A stretch of 63,798 nucleotides of DNA, the filler included, from Collodictyon triciliatum (taxonomy: Eukaryota), in NCBI GenBank assembly GCA_043381765.1. It is 15 parts of 15 records of this genome, joined end to end, with 100 filler letters (N's around TTAATTAATTAA, not from the genome) between each part and the next. Parts side by side here need not be neighbours in the genome. Positions count along the whole stretch, not along the records: positions 30,473 to 34,722 come from JBHJMP010006327.1; positions 34,823 to 39,071 come from JBHJMP010006328.1; positions 39,172 to 43,419 come from JBHJMP010006329.1; positions 43,520 to 47,766 come from JBHJMP010006330.1; 11 more parts are not named here. One strand, 5' to 3'. The position numbers were made by a program, and so were the translations under genes. A model generated the notes under the pieces. The model saw nothing but the letters and a program-made list of their open reading frames with translations. It was not told the origin of the DNA and searched no databases. Shown here in pieces: positions 30,586 through 44,419 of this stretch (position 1 is its first letter; each line of letters opens with the position of its first letter).

Positions 30586-31231
30586 GTACATGAGCGGCTC
30601 GAAGAACATGTCGTACGACAGCGCCAACCTGACCACAAGCGATATCAAATGGCTTGGAGTTCTTCCCTCTGGTATTCCTTTTCATGTTCATGTTCATGTT
30701 CATATCCTAATAGCATTTTGATAACCGAACCTCTTCGCCGCAGACCTGGACAAGTACCGAATCCCAGCCCAGTGCCGATTGGAAATGACCAAAGAGGATA
30801 TTGAGACGGGAAAGCGCCTGATGGAGGAGGAATTCATCAAGAAGAATCCGCGATGGCTCGCTGTGAGTGTTGTCCACGGATTCATGCGCCCACCCATCAC
30901 GCCCTTTTGTGCCGCATCTCAGACTACCTGACGAACGTGTCCCACTCTCTCCCCCTCAATCTCCTCACACCCCGCCTGATTAGGAGCTCAAGCTGATGAT
31001 TGACACAAAGCAGAAGGCCGAAATTCGTAAGTGCTTTCCGCTTGGAAAAAGTCCCCATGAACGCCGTCTCTACTCAGAGCGGTCTCTTCTATGCAACCCT
31101 CCGCTTCGAAAGTTTTAACCCGCTCCATTCCACGTTCCTCACCCACTGCAGAATCCCTCACTGCACACGGCTTCCAGTATCTGACAGACAAGTACCTCCC
31201 AGAGAAAATTCGCAATGGCGACTGGATTTAG
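30586..31231 (+). CDS. SPO11-3: DNA topoisomerase VI subunit A (SPO11-3/RHL2 type), last four exons
   Basis: Spliced: [108 protein letters not shown], closely matching the plant SPO11-3 C-terminus as I recall it; not shown in the ORF track. Confidence 0.92.
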
Positions 31232-32125
31232 GGTTTGTGTTGCCAGTGGATAGGCAGGAGATACTCTTTCTTTTTTTTTCTTTTTTTCTTTTCTTTTTCT
31301 TTTTCTTTTTCTTTTTCTTTTTCTTTTTCTTTTTCTTTTTCTTTTTCTTTGATTAAAATATAAAATACCCAAAAGACAAAACAAAATCTAACGGGAAGGA
31401 AAAGTCACATTCGGTGCAGACCTGAGAAATGATGACATGTTCGCTTGCGAGTAGAGCATGCCTTATTGGTCGATTCCGTCACTTCCTGCATAAGGTGACG
31501 TCACGATCCAATTTCGTCCGATTTCCTGGATGTTTGTTGCGCTCTCCTTATGTGGAAATGAAATGCTTCAGAAACATGCCGATCCTCTGGAAAAAAAAAG
31601 AGAAAGGCGCTGCCAATCAAACGACGGATGTGTCAGACCGCTTCAAAAACGAAAAAAACGAGTGGGAGGAAAAGTCATGAGAATACCAGCGTTATCGCTG
31701 GGCGAAGCTTCCTGCCTGGTTGAAGTACCGATCCAGTTACGATAGGCCTACCCACATACGAGGGGGTTTTCTCAGTGGGCTGTCTGCTTGGTTGTTTTTT
31801 GTTTTGTTTTTGTTTTTGTTTTTTTTGGTCAAACCTTTGCATTTCCCTCCTTTGGTGTGGATAGATTTTTTTTTTATTTCCATGTTTCCCTCTTTTTTTC
31901 TCAGCTGCTTGGGAATGGAAAAATTGACGCCATATATATCTGGGCGGAATCCCAATTACTTTGTCCATGGGAAGCACGAACACGAAGAGAATAAGTGAGA
32001 GGAAGAATAGAAAACACAGCAAATACCATCACACAAGCACAAAGGCGCACATTGTTTTTGATTCCTGTGGACCAACCACTTTCAAAGATTGACTGGCGAT
32101 ATTGTCCCAGGTTGAAAGCGGGCAC

Positions 32126-34542
32126 ATGCAGGGCTTGATCCACTCGATCGCAGAGGCAATCATGCCGACCCTTACAACCTCCCAGTTTCTCAAGCGGGGC
32201 GTTCTTACTCCCGAAGAGGTTTGCTTGTTGCTGTCACGCGGTTTTTTCTTTTTTGTTCTTTTTGTTCTTTTTGTTCTTTTTGTTCTTTTTGTTCTTTTTG
32301 TTCTTTTTGTTCTTTTTGTTCTTTTTGTTCTTTTTTATTTTTTATTTTTAATTTTTTTATTTTTTATTTTTATTTTTATTTTTATTTTTATTTTTATTTT
32401 TATTTTTATTTTTTTTGTTCTTTTCTCTTTTTCTCTTTTTCTCTTTTTCTCTTTTTCTCTGAAAGGTAATCAATTTAAGCGCTGCGATAGTTGGATGTTT
32501 TCGAGTGGATCGGTGTTAGAATAAAAAGGGTCAAGAAGTTAGCCGATGTTTTGACTCCTTCTCTTTGTTAAACCAAAAACAGTTTGTCGCCGCCGGGGAC
32601 TACCTTGTCTACAAATGCCCGACTTGGTCATGGTAAGTACTGACCCGAACATTCAACCATCCCTTCCTCTTGGCATCCCCTGGGAAAGCCTCAATCTATA
32701 TATTATATATGTTCCTGGTCTGGGTGAGTATGTAGTGTGTTTATTTATCAGCGAGTTGTCCAATAAATTATCTTATATTGTGCAAACGTTTTTGCTTTCT
32801 CATCGCGCTTCATTTTTTTTTAAAAAAGAATAATCATACATCGTTTCTTCAATGAACTATTCATAAAAATATGCTCAGGGCTGCCGGTGAGCCTTCAAAA
32901 CTCCGACAAAATCTTCCTCCAAACAAGCAGTTTCTGATCACAAAGAATGGTACTGAGTCCATCCTGAGTAGAGCTAGAAAACAAGACCGATATGCATTCT
33001 AATTGTTATCTCACTTTTAGTTTTTTTTTTTTTGTTCAATTAATTTGTTTGAATTGTTTGAGAGAGAAAAAAAAAGGGCAACTTTGATTTTTCCTCTATA
33101 GAAACTATTTTGTAATTCCACTTGAGTCGAGCAAGTCATATCAGGAAAAATTAAAATGAGAAACGCTGGCTCAATTGGCTTATTATGTACTTTATGCAGT
33201 CCCTTCGCTCCGCCGTATCCGAACTCTTGAGGCTTCCATTCGCGAGGAACTCCAAATGGACGAGGATGAGAACGGGGATGGAGGATGGGTTGCCACACAG
33301 ACCGTAGACCCCAATGCTATTGCAGAGATACCAGACATGTCGCCTAAGACAGCTGAATGTTTGCAGGGATTTAATATCCTACTTACCTTCATACACATGT
33401 TTTTTTTTTCCTTCCTGTTCATCTTTTTAACCTGTCTCTTTCCCTTGGTTGACAAACAAGAACAATTATGTTTTTCAAAATTTATGAACCATCCGAACTG
33501 TCATGTGTGTAGCTCAACCAGTCGCTTCATCGGCCGGAGAGGACGGTGATATCCCCGACATGGATGAGTTTGATGAAGACAATCTGATTGCAGAAGATCC
33601 CGTTAGTTTCAATCACAATTTGCTATATTGCAGAAATAAAACAGCACGGAAGCCTTTACATCTACTTTCTATACCATCAACAATAGTCTGAATTGAGGCC
33701 TGCTGCTGCCGCTGCCGAATCCTCCTCCCCCTCAGATGATAACATCCAAAAGACCCGCACATACGATCTGAGGTTAGGCAAACAGTAACTTATGAAATCA
33801 TTCACACCAGGCCAATATATGCATATACTGGTATGGAGTATCACAATCAAACCAAAAAATAATTAATTAATTAATTAATTAAACCCTTATTTCTCATCAA
33901 AGCATCTCGTATGACAAGTACTATCAAACACCACGCGTTTGGCTATTCGGCTATGACGAGGTAAGCGTGGCCTCTAATAGATAATAAATCAAACACATCT
34001 TACCAAAAAAAAAAGTAAAAAATGATGCCACAGCTCATATAATTCAGCGTTAGCTTCAAATTAAGTGTGAAAATTATTGGTAATCAACTATATTCTTCAA
34101 CTGTGTAGAATGGTTCGCCTCTGAAAACAGAACAAATGTTTGAGGACATCAGGTATGTCTCCGTCTATAAACTACTTCTAGTAACCCACAAGCGCCCGCA
34201 TACTTTTAGCGCACAACCATGAATCTCACTCTACCTGAAACGGATGAGAGAACAAGTGGAAAGACTATCGCCGCTGAAACGATGAGCCCCAAGACTATTT
34301 TTTTTTTTTTCAAACGAAAGAAAGAGATATTTGGAAAAGACAGAGGAGAGAGAGAAAGAGATGAATCACACCCACACTTTCTCGCACACTAGCCAAGTCC
34401 ACGCACACAAAACCGTCACAATCGAGCCGCACCCGCATCTGAGCGCCTTGCACGCCTCCATCCATCCCTGCCACCACGCCACCGTCATGAAAAAAATTGT
34501 CGATAATCTTCTCGAAAGCGGCCGTGAAGTGCGACCGGACCA
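32126..34542 (+). CDS. ATG3: Autophagy E2-like enzyme ATG3, 3'-partial
   Basis: [42 protein letters not shown], acidic flexible region, [41 protein letters not shown], catalytic SIHPCHHA. Confidence 0.97.
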
Positions 34543-34588
34543 GTAATGACTCATCTCCGCCATGGGCTTTCTTTTTGTGTCGCTTCCC

Positions 34589-34685
<97 letters not shown>

Positions 34686-34825
34686 CGCTCCATACACTCA
34701 ATCTTTCTTTTTTTTTTCTTGCNNNNNNNNNNNNNNNNNNNNNNNNNNNNNNNNNNNNNNNNNNNNTTAATTAATTAANNNNNNNNNNNNNNNNNNNNNN
34801 NNNNNNNNNNNNNNNNNNNNNNTTT

Positions 34826-34879
<54 letters not shown>

Positions 34880-34998
34880 CCCCCCCCCCCCCCTTTTTTT
34901 TTTTTTTTTTTCCAGTTTTTTTTTCATTAAAGTCACTATTCTTTAGCGCAAAAATACAGAGTGCAAATGCTTATATTTTTTTTTCCCAAAAAAAAATT

Positions 34999-36098
34999 AT
35001 GAAGAACGCCAAGAAACAGACCGACGAAGTCAATTTGAAGCTGAACCAAGAGCTCAGCAAGATTCAAGGAGAGCTAACTGAAATTCAACGTATTCATGAT
35101 GAACTAGTCGCAGACTATCGTGGCCTTTCACAGAGACTGATTGAAAGTGAGATCAGCTTCTTTATTATTAGAGTTTAAATCTATGATATTATTGCAACCA
35201 CTGGGCAAAAATTATGTTTATTCATCAAATATTTTGCAATATACATAGAGGAACACATCGAAGTCTCGAGACTTCATGATATATCTCAGTACCGATCTCT
35301 GTCAATGGAACACCGGCCGAAACCAGAGCAAAAATCTAAAGGAACACAGACCCAACAAACTGAAGAGATTCCTATGTTTCTGCCTCCCGAAACACCCGAG
35401 GAAGACGGATCACGCGAGATTATAGACACACTCAACCGTCGCCTTCATCTTATGGAGACACAAAGCAACGAGAAGGACAGTGCCATCAGAAGGCTCGTGA
35501 CAGAGAAGAACGACCTTCAAAGAGAGGTTGAAAATCTTTATCAGCTGATGGATACCGATAGAGAAGAGTTTCGAAAGTCAGTATCAGGGGTGAGTATAAA
35601 AGCAGTGCCGAGCAGCCATGATGGAGTTCCGCCTCCAAGCCCAATGTCCTCCTTTAGACAGTCCGCACGTCATATTTCACCGTCCCATTTCCAACCGCCG
35701 ACCAGTCCAAAGATACAGCCGTCTATCCCGGTATGTATGGTGTGTACTTGTAGTACTACGGTTTTTTCGCTTGAAAAAAATGACGCAAAGAAGTAAACCC
35801 GTTTTCTTTTTTAATTTGGCTGCTTTATTCAAATGTTGGATGATATTCGTAACGAAATTGTTAAAAGAGATAATGAACGAAAAAAGAAATAATATTAAAA
35901 AAATACATTTTCGCAAGGATATTCACAGCGAGGCTCAAAGTACATTCTTCAAGGACCGGTGCCACCAGCTCGAGACACAGGTACATAAATTAGAATGAAT
36001 TACAAGAATTTGGACGTTTGCAGTAGTATTGACCAATTAATATATATTTCATTTTCATTGTGGCTTTTTATTTCAGTTGTATTTCTATTGATGTGTAT

Positions 36099-36162
<64 letters not shown>

Positions 36163-38809
36163 TAGGATTTGATTTTAAAATTAATTGAATGATAGATTAC
36201 CGACATGAAGATTGTTATAGACCGTCTTACTCACGAAAATAGAAAGGTTGTGTTTTGCTTTTGGATTTCTATCATAACCCTGACCCACGCGACTTTAATG
36301 CATTGCTCTTATCTTTTTCCTGTGTTAAATCCAATCTCTATATTTTTATTTCGTGGCCCTTACAATCGATTTCGTATGATTTCGCTCCTGAACCGACATC
36401 AAGATGGTCGAATCCCAAAGGAGTTTTAGATCAGCCCAGATCCAAGGGAGCCAAACAACGTCGTCGGTCATCCTTGAACCAGTATTATTGGTCAACACTG
36501 TATGACTACATCATTTAATCGTACTTTGGTCAAATTCATTCCCTTTTACTTCACTGTTGTTGGTGTGTCATTAATTGGGTTAAAAAAATATGATGACACC
36601 ACCAAAAGCCGATGCCACAACTTCGGACCATTACTCAGGAGGTGCGGGTTGATGACCGAGCCGCATCAGATCTTCGCCTCGTTCTTTCTAAGCGAGACTT
36701 GGTACCTGTCTATCAACGTCATTTTTTATATTACAAATAATGAAATCAAGATCGAAGTGATTCACGATTCTTTTAAATTCGTAATTGAAATTTTATCTGT
36801 ACAAAATAAATAAGGAAATACAATCGCTTCATCAACTAATTCAAGCCAAAGAAAGAGATTTCAGCTCACAAAGAGAGTCCTTGATGACGCAACTCTCTGG
36901 TATTTTAAAGATTAACCTTATATTTCCATTGGTGATAAAGGAAGACTTTTCTTGGCATTCTCTTTTCTCTTTTCTCTTTTCTCTTTTCTCTGCACAGGAT
37001 AATGCGGTATCGAAAGTGCAATTTTGAATTTAAATTTGTCTTAATTGCTAGAGTGCAAGAATGAACTGAGCTCCACGAAGTTAGTTTCCCCGCTTAACAG
37101 TTCTTATATAGTCATCACATATTTTAATTTCTACATGATTTAATTATATCCGTGAATAGGGCACTACTACTCGAGGCCAATCTCAAGCTAGAAGCAGAAA
37201 CGGAGAAGGCAAATAAATACCATGGAGAAATCGAGGTAATTTGCCGCGCGCTGTTCATTTCTGATATTCTCAATCACGGAAAAGAAAATTCACCAATAAT
37301 AAAGTTTTTTGTTTTTGTTTTTGTTTTTGTTTTTGTTTTTGTTTTTGTTTTTGTTTTTGTTTTTGTTTTTGTTTTTGTTTTTGTTTTTGTTTTTGTTTTT
37401 GTTTTTGTTATATATATATATCTTCATTTCTTTTGACTTACACTTCATTATAACAGGCGTTGAAAGCCGAGATATCCCTCCTTCGTGCAGAAATCGAGAG
37501 ACTTCGCGCTGAGCATGCACATACCAGAGGTCTTTCCAAGAAAAAAAAATTCGTTTATAAAAAGGTGAAAAGCTTACATTTACCACGAATCCCAGGCCTT
37601 TCAAGTGATTTGAGCACGCTTAGCCACCGTCTAAACCAAGAGCAACATGAAAAGGATGGGTTGATTATAGAAATCAACTCTAGAACTAAAAACTACCAAA
37701 TGGAAATTGAATCTTTGCGCGCACAAATATTGGTTTGAAATATAACACATCTCAGATTGTTTGATAGGATTTCTTTTTAAAATATAATATAGGCCGCGAT
37801 AATATTATTAGAAAAGATAGAATAGTACTTTTTGTTTGACACAATGTCGTATTTCAGACCCTAGAGAGAGAATTGCTCGAGACGAAGACGCAGTTTGATT
37901 ATATTGTCCAGAGGGAATCCATTACCAAGGTAATTTTTCTTCTTTTTCTTTAAATAAATAAATAAATATATATATAATTCATGCATTTGTGGAGGGATAA
38001 GTGAGTTATGTATTAGTACAACACGATAACAATTTTCCATCTTTTCAAAAAAGTCACTCTTTGCGCCTCTCGTTCATCTAGAAACAATTGGAAGAGTGCA
38101 TTCGTTCTGAAGCTTCACTTAAAGAAATGGTAGAAAGTCTGCAAAAGCGTATTCAAGATATCAACATCCGACTCGAATCAAAGGACCAGCAAGTCACTTC
38201 CCTCAGCGAAACTATTTCACTACACGAAAATAGGGTTGGTGACGACAAAACTTTAAGTATTAATACACAGTAATTCTTGTTGGTATTCGATAAGACATAA
38301 ATTCTGGCAATAATATTTATTTTATCTATACGCTTAGCTTGCAACTGTTACAGAATCCTTGGATGTCTGTAAAAGAGAAGTTCTCCAACTGATAACCCTG
38401 GTATGTCGCCTCAAAGCAATTCAAAAGTTAATTGTTTAATCCCCTCGGTTTTTTGTTTTCTGCTAACAATAATCTATCCAGCAACATGTCTGTCGACAGA
38501 CATACTAATTTTTTTATTGGTATTCCTCAGAGCTCTATTGGCCAAACAGAAGGCGAAGGCATGCAGCTGAGAATGACAGTGTGTTTTCATTTGCATGACA
38601 CTCTTCTCTGTTAATGCTCAAGTGTGAATCATACTGACGTGCGTATTTAATAGGAGCATAATGACTTGCTGGACTTATTGAGGTATCTCCGTTCTCGGCT
38701 GGAGGAGTTTACTCGCCGATACAGGTCCATGCTATTACAAGTATCCGACGAAGCCAATCAATCGAGGAAGGTGTCTATCACCGAGCAATCCCAGTACACT
38801 AAACTTCAG
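34999..38809 (+). CDS. Long coiled-coil protein, multi-exon, partial
   Basis: Many short GT-AG-bounded exons with heptad E/K/Q/L-rich sequence (e.g. LNRRLHLMETQSNEKDSAIRRLVTEKNDLQREVENL; LKAEISLLRAEIERLR). Confidence 0.75.
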
Positions 38810-39171
38810 GTAAGCGCGTCCTTTTTTTTTTTTCTTCGATTTTATGTTTACGTCCTCATATCCTTTTTCGGATTAATCCGACGGTCACCAAATGAATGCA
38901 TTGAAATGTATAACTAATGTAATCATTATTTCTTCCCTTCTGTCTTGGAATTTATAGGATGGTTTGTAATATTGTTATTGTTATTGTTATTGTTATTGTT
39001 ATTGTTATTGTTATTGTTATTGTTATTGTTATTGTTATTGTTATTGTTATTGTTATTGTTATTGTTATTGTNNNNNNNNNNNNNNNNNNNNNNNNNNNNN
39101 NNNNNNNNNNNNNNNTTAATTAATTAANNNNNNNNNNNNNNNNNNNNNNNNNNNNNNNNNNNNNNNNNNNN

Positions 39172-42100
39172 TGATATCAAAGCAGTGACGAATGAGGACA
39201 ACCCTTTGAAATTATTGTAGATAAGAGTTAGACAAGGAAGCCTTATTTTTACTATTTAGATTCTCAAAATTATATCATGATAATAACAAGTGCGAAAAAT
39301 ACCCCCTTGGAGGAAAAAGGGATAATTAAATAGTATCTAAAAGGTAATTATGGATGAAATAATACCATCGTCACCAAGGTTGCAATCACTAACATCAGCA
39401 AAAGTAATGCAAGGGGCATTTATCATGGCATTGGCGACCAATATTGCCTCATTACTTCCTCCAAAATCATTTCCACCTTTTGAGTGAAATAGATTTAATT
39501 TGATTTAATAGTTTGAAATATTGTATAAGTTTCTGTGATGCTTTTAAAAGGCCACTGGATTAATATTACAGAGACATTAGCAATTATAAATTATCCTTAA
39601 AATATATTTGGAAGAAAATCCGAGGTTTTGGACATGAAATTAGGTGCATTCATTTAACTTCTTGGCTTACTTATATTTAGTGTAATGTTAACTAATGATT
39701 GGTTTGACTGCAATGCAGCAATAACTTCTGCAGCTGATTCAGCCGTTATATCTGTTTCAGACAGATTCAGCTTCTTAAGAGATACAGCAATCTAAATATT
39801 AATGATGATGGACAAAATTAATGAGAGTAGCAACCCCCGAAATTCAGAAGACTGAAGATTTCAAAAAAAAAAACCATAATGATTCATATTTCCTTATATC
39901 AACCTTCAGTAAAGGACAAAGCATAGCTACATCTTTGCTTGATAAAGTGTTTCTAGAAAAATCTATTATTTGCAATGTAGAAATACATCCTTGACTAATT
40001 CCATTTGCAACATGTTCCATCTTGAACCCCTGATCGATTATATTAAATTTAAGTTTCTTCAATTTAGATGTGATTGATAATGTACTTGAAATCAAATATA
40101 TTTTGAGTATGTCGGACAAAGTATCTTACAGTCGAGCTCAAATCGAGTTCTTCAAGTGACGATGTTGATGATAAACAACCTCCAAGTGCGACTGATGATT
40201 CATGATTTAATCTATTTCTTGCTATAGACAATATTTTCATCGTTGACGAAACATTGACAGAATTCTAGTGATTTTAAAAAATATTTTAAAATGAAAAGGT
40301 CAGTGTATCAAGTCATGTGACAGCTATTTGAATTTGATATAAATATATGATTATTCGTGTTGATGGTGTGGCCATTTAATTTAGTCATTCGACGACATTC
40401 ATCATGGTTGTCACCTTAACAGCTTGCAGGACTGGTAAAATGCTAGAGCGGTCAAGACCACAGCCATTAACAAGAAGCTCACTTATACCCAAAGGTAACG
40501 ATTCGATTGTTTTGCTCAATCCGATGATTCCTTCCGCATTGAATAATTATAATGTGAATAGAAAATCATGCAAAATAGTAAAATACACCGTTCATTTTTT
40601 TCTTCATCGTAATTTTTGTAAGACGGTGTAGAATTTGGCAAATTAAGAAAATCATACAACTGAAAGACACAGAAAAGGTACCTTTATCATCGACCACATC
40701 GTTGGACATTCGGATACGTTGTATGTGTGAGTTTGGATTAGCTGCCACCTTCTCAAAGAAATCCCCATACATTTCCTTAGGAACTGCATTGGGATTGTGT
40801 CTTAGTGAGGGCAATGAAACCCGTAAACCCATGCTCGAAACATCATAGCCGATTGAATGTCAAAAAGAAAATCTTAGCATCTTTCACTTCGGATAAAGGC
40901 CAGGAAATGTAAACCAAAGGTTTTTCTTCGAAAATGATAATATCAAACCATCCAAGTTGGAAATATCCACTTCGGTGATAGTCCGATTCTTTCGTAAGCA
41001 TCCACCCAAGAAGGAAAATAAATCACGAACCAAATCCCGCCTTCTCATCACAATTTTTCTGAACCTGAGAGTCATACTAGTGAACAACTTTGATGGGACA
41101 GACATTCTATGTGTATGAGGCTTAGATTCTAGAAGTTTTTCAAAAGGAGGACCCAGGGAACGGAAGGTATTACCAGGTATTGTAAGAAAGCGACAGCATG
41201 AGTGCCTTGACTTCTTCAACGTTAGACACCTGAATTAAAGGACAATATTACTACTTTTTTTTGCAAAAAAAAAAAAATAATAATTGAAATTCATTTTCCT
41301 TTCATCACAAAATATATGAATCGGGCTAGAATGTGACCTCGAATTCATCAAAATTGAATACGTCGCTCGATATAGAGCTGAGTCGGTATACAAGTCTCTT
41401 GTTTTCGTTTAGTGTCTGGTTGTTCTGACAATTATAGAAGGACCACGAGGCTTCTAGGGCGAAGTCGAGAGATCCACATGCTGTCGTTATCAAATGTCCA
41501 TAATGAACTATATTTGAAGGATAATTATTTATTCGGTAAACCCCATAATCTTAATTTATTCACAAAAGATCGAATATGCATTCCCAATTAAGATTTATCA
41601 ATATAAAACATGAATGAATTTGAATCTAATTCAAAAAGGAAATATATATAGATCGTCTTTGAAAGAAAAAAAAGCACATCCAAACCTCCTGCACGTATAG
41701 TATGCATCCTGAAATAATGGAATTTTGATCGGTGTGGTTAGAAAGCAATTTGGGACCATAGCAAAGAGTTAACATGGTAAAGATCTCGCCCTGAAACAGA
41801 ATTAAAAAAAAAAAAAAGAAGTGTTATTTGCCATTGTCACCTGCTACTAGGTTCTAGATTGATTACGGGTGCTTCATCAGAGGGCATCTTTGGAAACGCT
41901 GAAAAAAGTGTGCTGTAAAACTTTGCTACGAATACATCTACAGATGGCAAGGCTATGTCCAGTGTTGATCCAGAGCGCAAAGAAAGTGTCATCTATTAAG
42001 CACATATACATGGGGGAGTTCAATAAAAGTATAAAGAAATGTGAGATAACATTGAATACCTCAAATCAATTATTTTATTTAATGGCAGTCGGTAAGAATT

Positions 42101-42777
42101 GGATAAAACAAAAGTGATGAGTATATATTCATTTGAGTTTTCGTGGGAATGTGGTATTCTGAAGAAAAATATATTAAAGTTTAAAAAATAAAGAAGAAAA
42201 ACAAATACATTATCGGGCCTTGAATAATATTTCATTTATAACCTAAAGAGAATTAAAATTATATGCATGAGCAATTTTTCTATCATACAGATTTCGGCGA
42301 GGTGGAGACGATTTCGCGCACGTCGAGTATGTGGCAAATGGTCGAGCGTAGCTGCGGTGCTTTTACTCCGCGTCCGGCAATTTTCCCAAAATATAGCTTG
42401 AAATTGTAAAGAATAAGAATTCGTGGCTTGTCTGTCACGCATATCTCCATAAACGTCACAAGGCCTGCGTCGGTCTGCGGGACTCCAATCACTTGAAGGA
42501 GTCCGACTGATAAAAAAAATGTGAAACGAGACAGAAAAAAAAGTTAGCAGTAGTTCCCGTATCAAAAAAATATATAGACATTTGTATAGAAATAAAGATA
42601 TTTATGATTCTTTTTCAACAGTCTACTGAGAGAAAATAAGGCCAATTTAATGGATAGATTGAGGGAATAAAAAAAAAGTAAATGAATGTATCGGCGCATA
42701 TGACTGCAAAGAGACGAGGAAGATGCAATCTGGATCTCACTTTTTTGAACCTCGGATAAAGGTTGAATGTCTTCCAT
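39172..42777 (-). CDS. CARMIL: CARMIL/LRRC16-like protein (N-terminal PH-like domain + RNI-like LRRs), 3'-partial
   Basis: PRILILYNFKLYF...CHILDVREIVS (PH-like); FNFDEFEVSNVEEVKALMLSLSYNTWFRKI resembling the CARMIL LxYNxWF cap; LRRs LRKNRTITEVDISN, LQIIDFSRNTL, LKKLNLSETDI, ADVSDCNLGDDG. Confidence 0.7.
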
Positions 42778-43519
42778 GTAGCGTTTATCTGTATTGGGGT
42801 ACATTCTGGTTAATAAAAGAACGAAGCCGCAGCTTTAAAAGCTAAAAAGAGAAGGCCAAAGGAAAAGGAAACGACTACGAAAAGACAAACCTAAAATCAA
42901 ACACAAAGACTTTGAGAAAGAATAAGGTGTACACAAGTTGAGAAGCTAGACCCACAAGCAAAGCAAAAGAAAAATAGAGGAAACTGCAAAGGCCCCTTGT
43001 ACAAATGTCTTTAGGAAGAGATAAGGATAAGATGCGCACGCAGCCTGTGATGATAGCATGTGCTCCTTACGATTACAGTCACGATAATTAGATTGAAAAA
43101 AAAATTTTCTTTTTATTTTCAGGTGATCGAGAATGGCGTGCAATCGGTTCGAACAGACAACCTCCTTTGGACCGTTTAGAAAAGAGAGAAAGAGAAAGAG
43201 AAACAGAAAGAGAAACAGAAAGAGAAAGAGAAACAGAAAGAGAAACAGAAAGAGAAAGAGAAACAGAAACAGAAACAGAAACAGAAACAGAAAGAGAAAG
43301 AGAAAGAGAAAGAGAAAGGGCAAGTGAAAGGGTGAGTTCGAACAAACATCGCCAATTCAAAAACCACGGCCTTCGAGAGTGTCCAGGCTGCGCAGCAGTT
43401 AAACAGCACCGAATGGTGTNNNNNNNNNNNNNNNNNNNNNNNNNNNNNNNNNNNNNNNNNNNNTTAATTAATTAANNNNNNNNNNNNNNNNNNNNNNNNN
43501 NNNNNNNNNNNNNNNNNNN

Positions 43520-43618
43520 TAGGTTTTTTAGGTTTTTTAGGTTTTTTAGGTTTTTTAGGTTTTTTAGGTTTTTTAGGTTTTTTAGGTTTTTTAGGTTTTT
43601 TAGGTTTTTTAGGTTTTT
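43520..43618 (+). repeat. (TTTTTTAGG)n 9-nt tandem array, telomere-like motif
   Basis: About 11 near-perfect copies running into the contig gap. Confidence 0.9.
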
Positions 43619-44283
43619 CATTATCTTTCAATAATTCAATAGTATCAGTGGCAGCGTTTTGTGTCTCGAAAGGTTTCTCATGAGTAGGGGCTCTTTAATT
43701 CGTCTAGAGGCTGATATGTGCAGAACAGGTATTGGGATATGAAATTGGCAGGTATTTTAAGAAAGGAAGCTTGATTATTGTCTATTTTATTTTTTTTGTA
43801 TATGAACTTTAAATGAGTATAATGTAGACACGAGTAACAATATATAATAGCTAATATGTCTCCATCTGCAATAAGAGCATATCAATATTAATATGAAGAC
43901 TGAAGCTAGAAAGCTTATGGAAAGCTTATGGAATATAATTTGTTTAGTTTCATGATGGATGAAAAACTCAGGTTTTCTAACACGATAGATGCACAACTTT
44001 GAGGTGGGTCTGTATCATTTATTATTATGAATCTAGGCGTGTATTTGTTTTAATATTATGATGAATCCTACAATGATAAGGTGCTTATATGTTGTGTTTT
44101 TCTATCATTTTACAGCACGTTGCTTGTCTTTTTATAGTGTGTTTTGCATCAATTTGTTTGTTTTTTGTTTTTTGTTTTATCAAAAAGGAATTTAAAAAAT
44201 CAATATCTTTCTTGTATTTCATGACACGGATAGAAAAAGCGCTTTAAGCACTAACCACTTAGTAAGGCGCACTTGTTATATGG

Positions 44284-44368
44284 CTTTTGTGTGGATTTGT
44301 TGATAAGGTTTTTGTGTGGATTTGTTGATAAGGTTTTTGTGTGGACTTGTTGATAAGGTTTGTGTGGA
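44284..44368. repeat. 25-nt minisatellite (TTTTGTGTGGATTTGTTGATAAGGT), about 3.3 copies
   Basis: Directly visible tandem copies. Confidence 0.85.
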
Positions 44369-44419
44369 CAGAAAGTCCGGTTGCGACAGGTGCTTTGATT
44401 TCTGATTGGCCTGTTTTAA

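Noticed and set aside
33859-33882. (ATTA)n run containing TTAATTAATTAA inside ATG3
   Set aside because: No flanking Ns; a natural intronic microsatellite, and ATG3 exons continue in frame across it.
44284-44368. 25-nt direct repeats as a CRISPR array
   Set aside because: Head-to-tail with no unique spacers, eukaryotic context, no cas genes.
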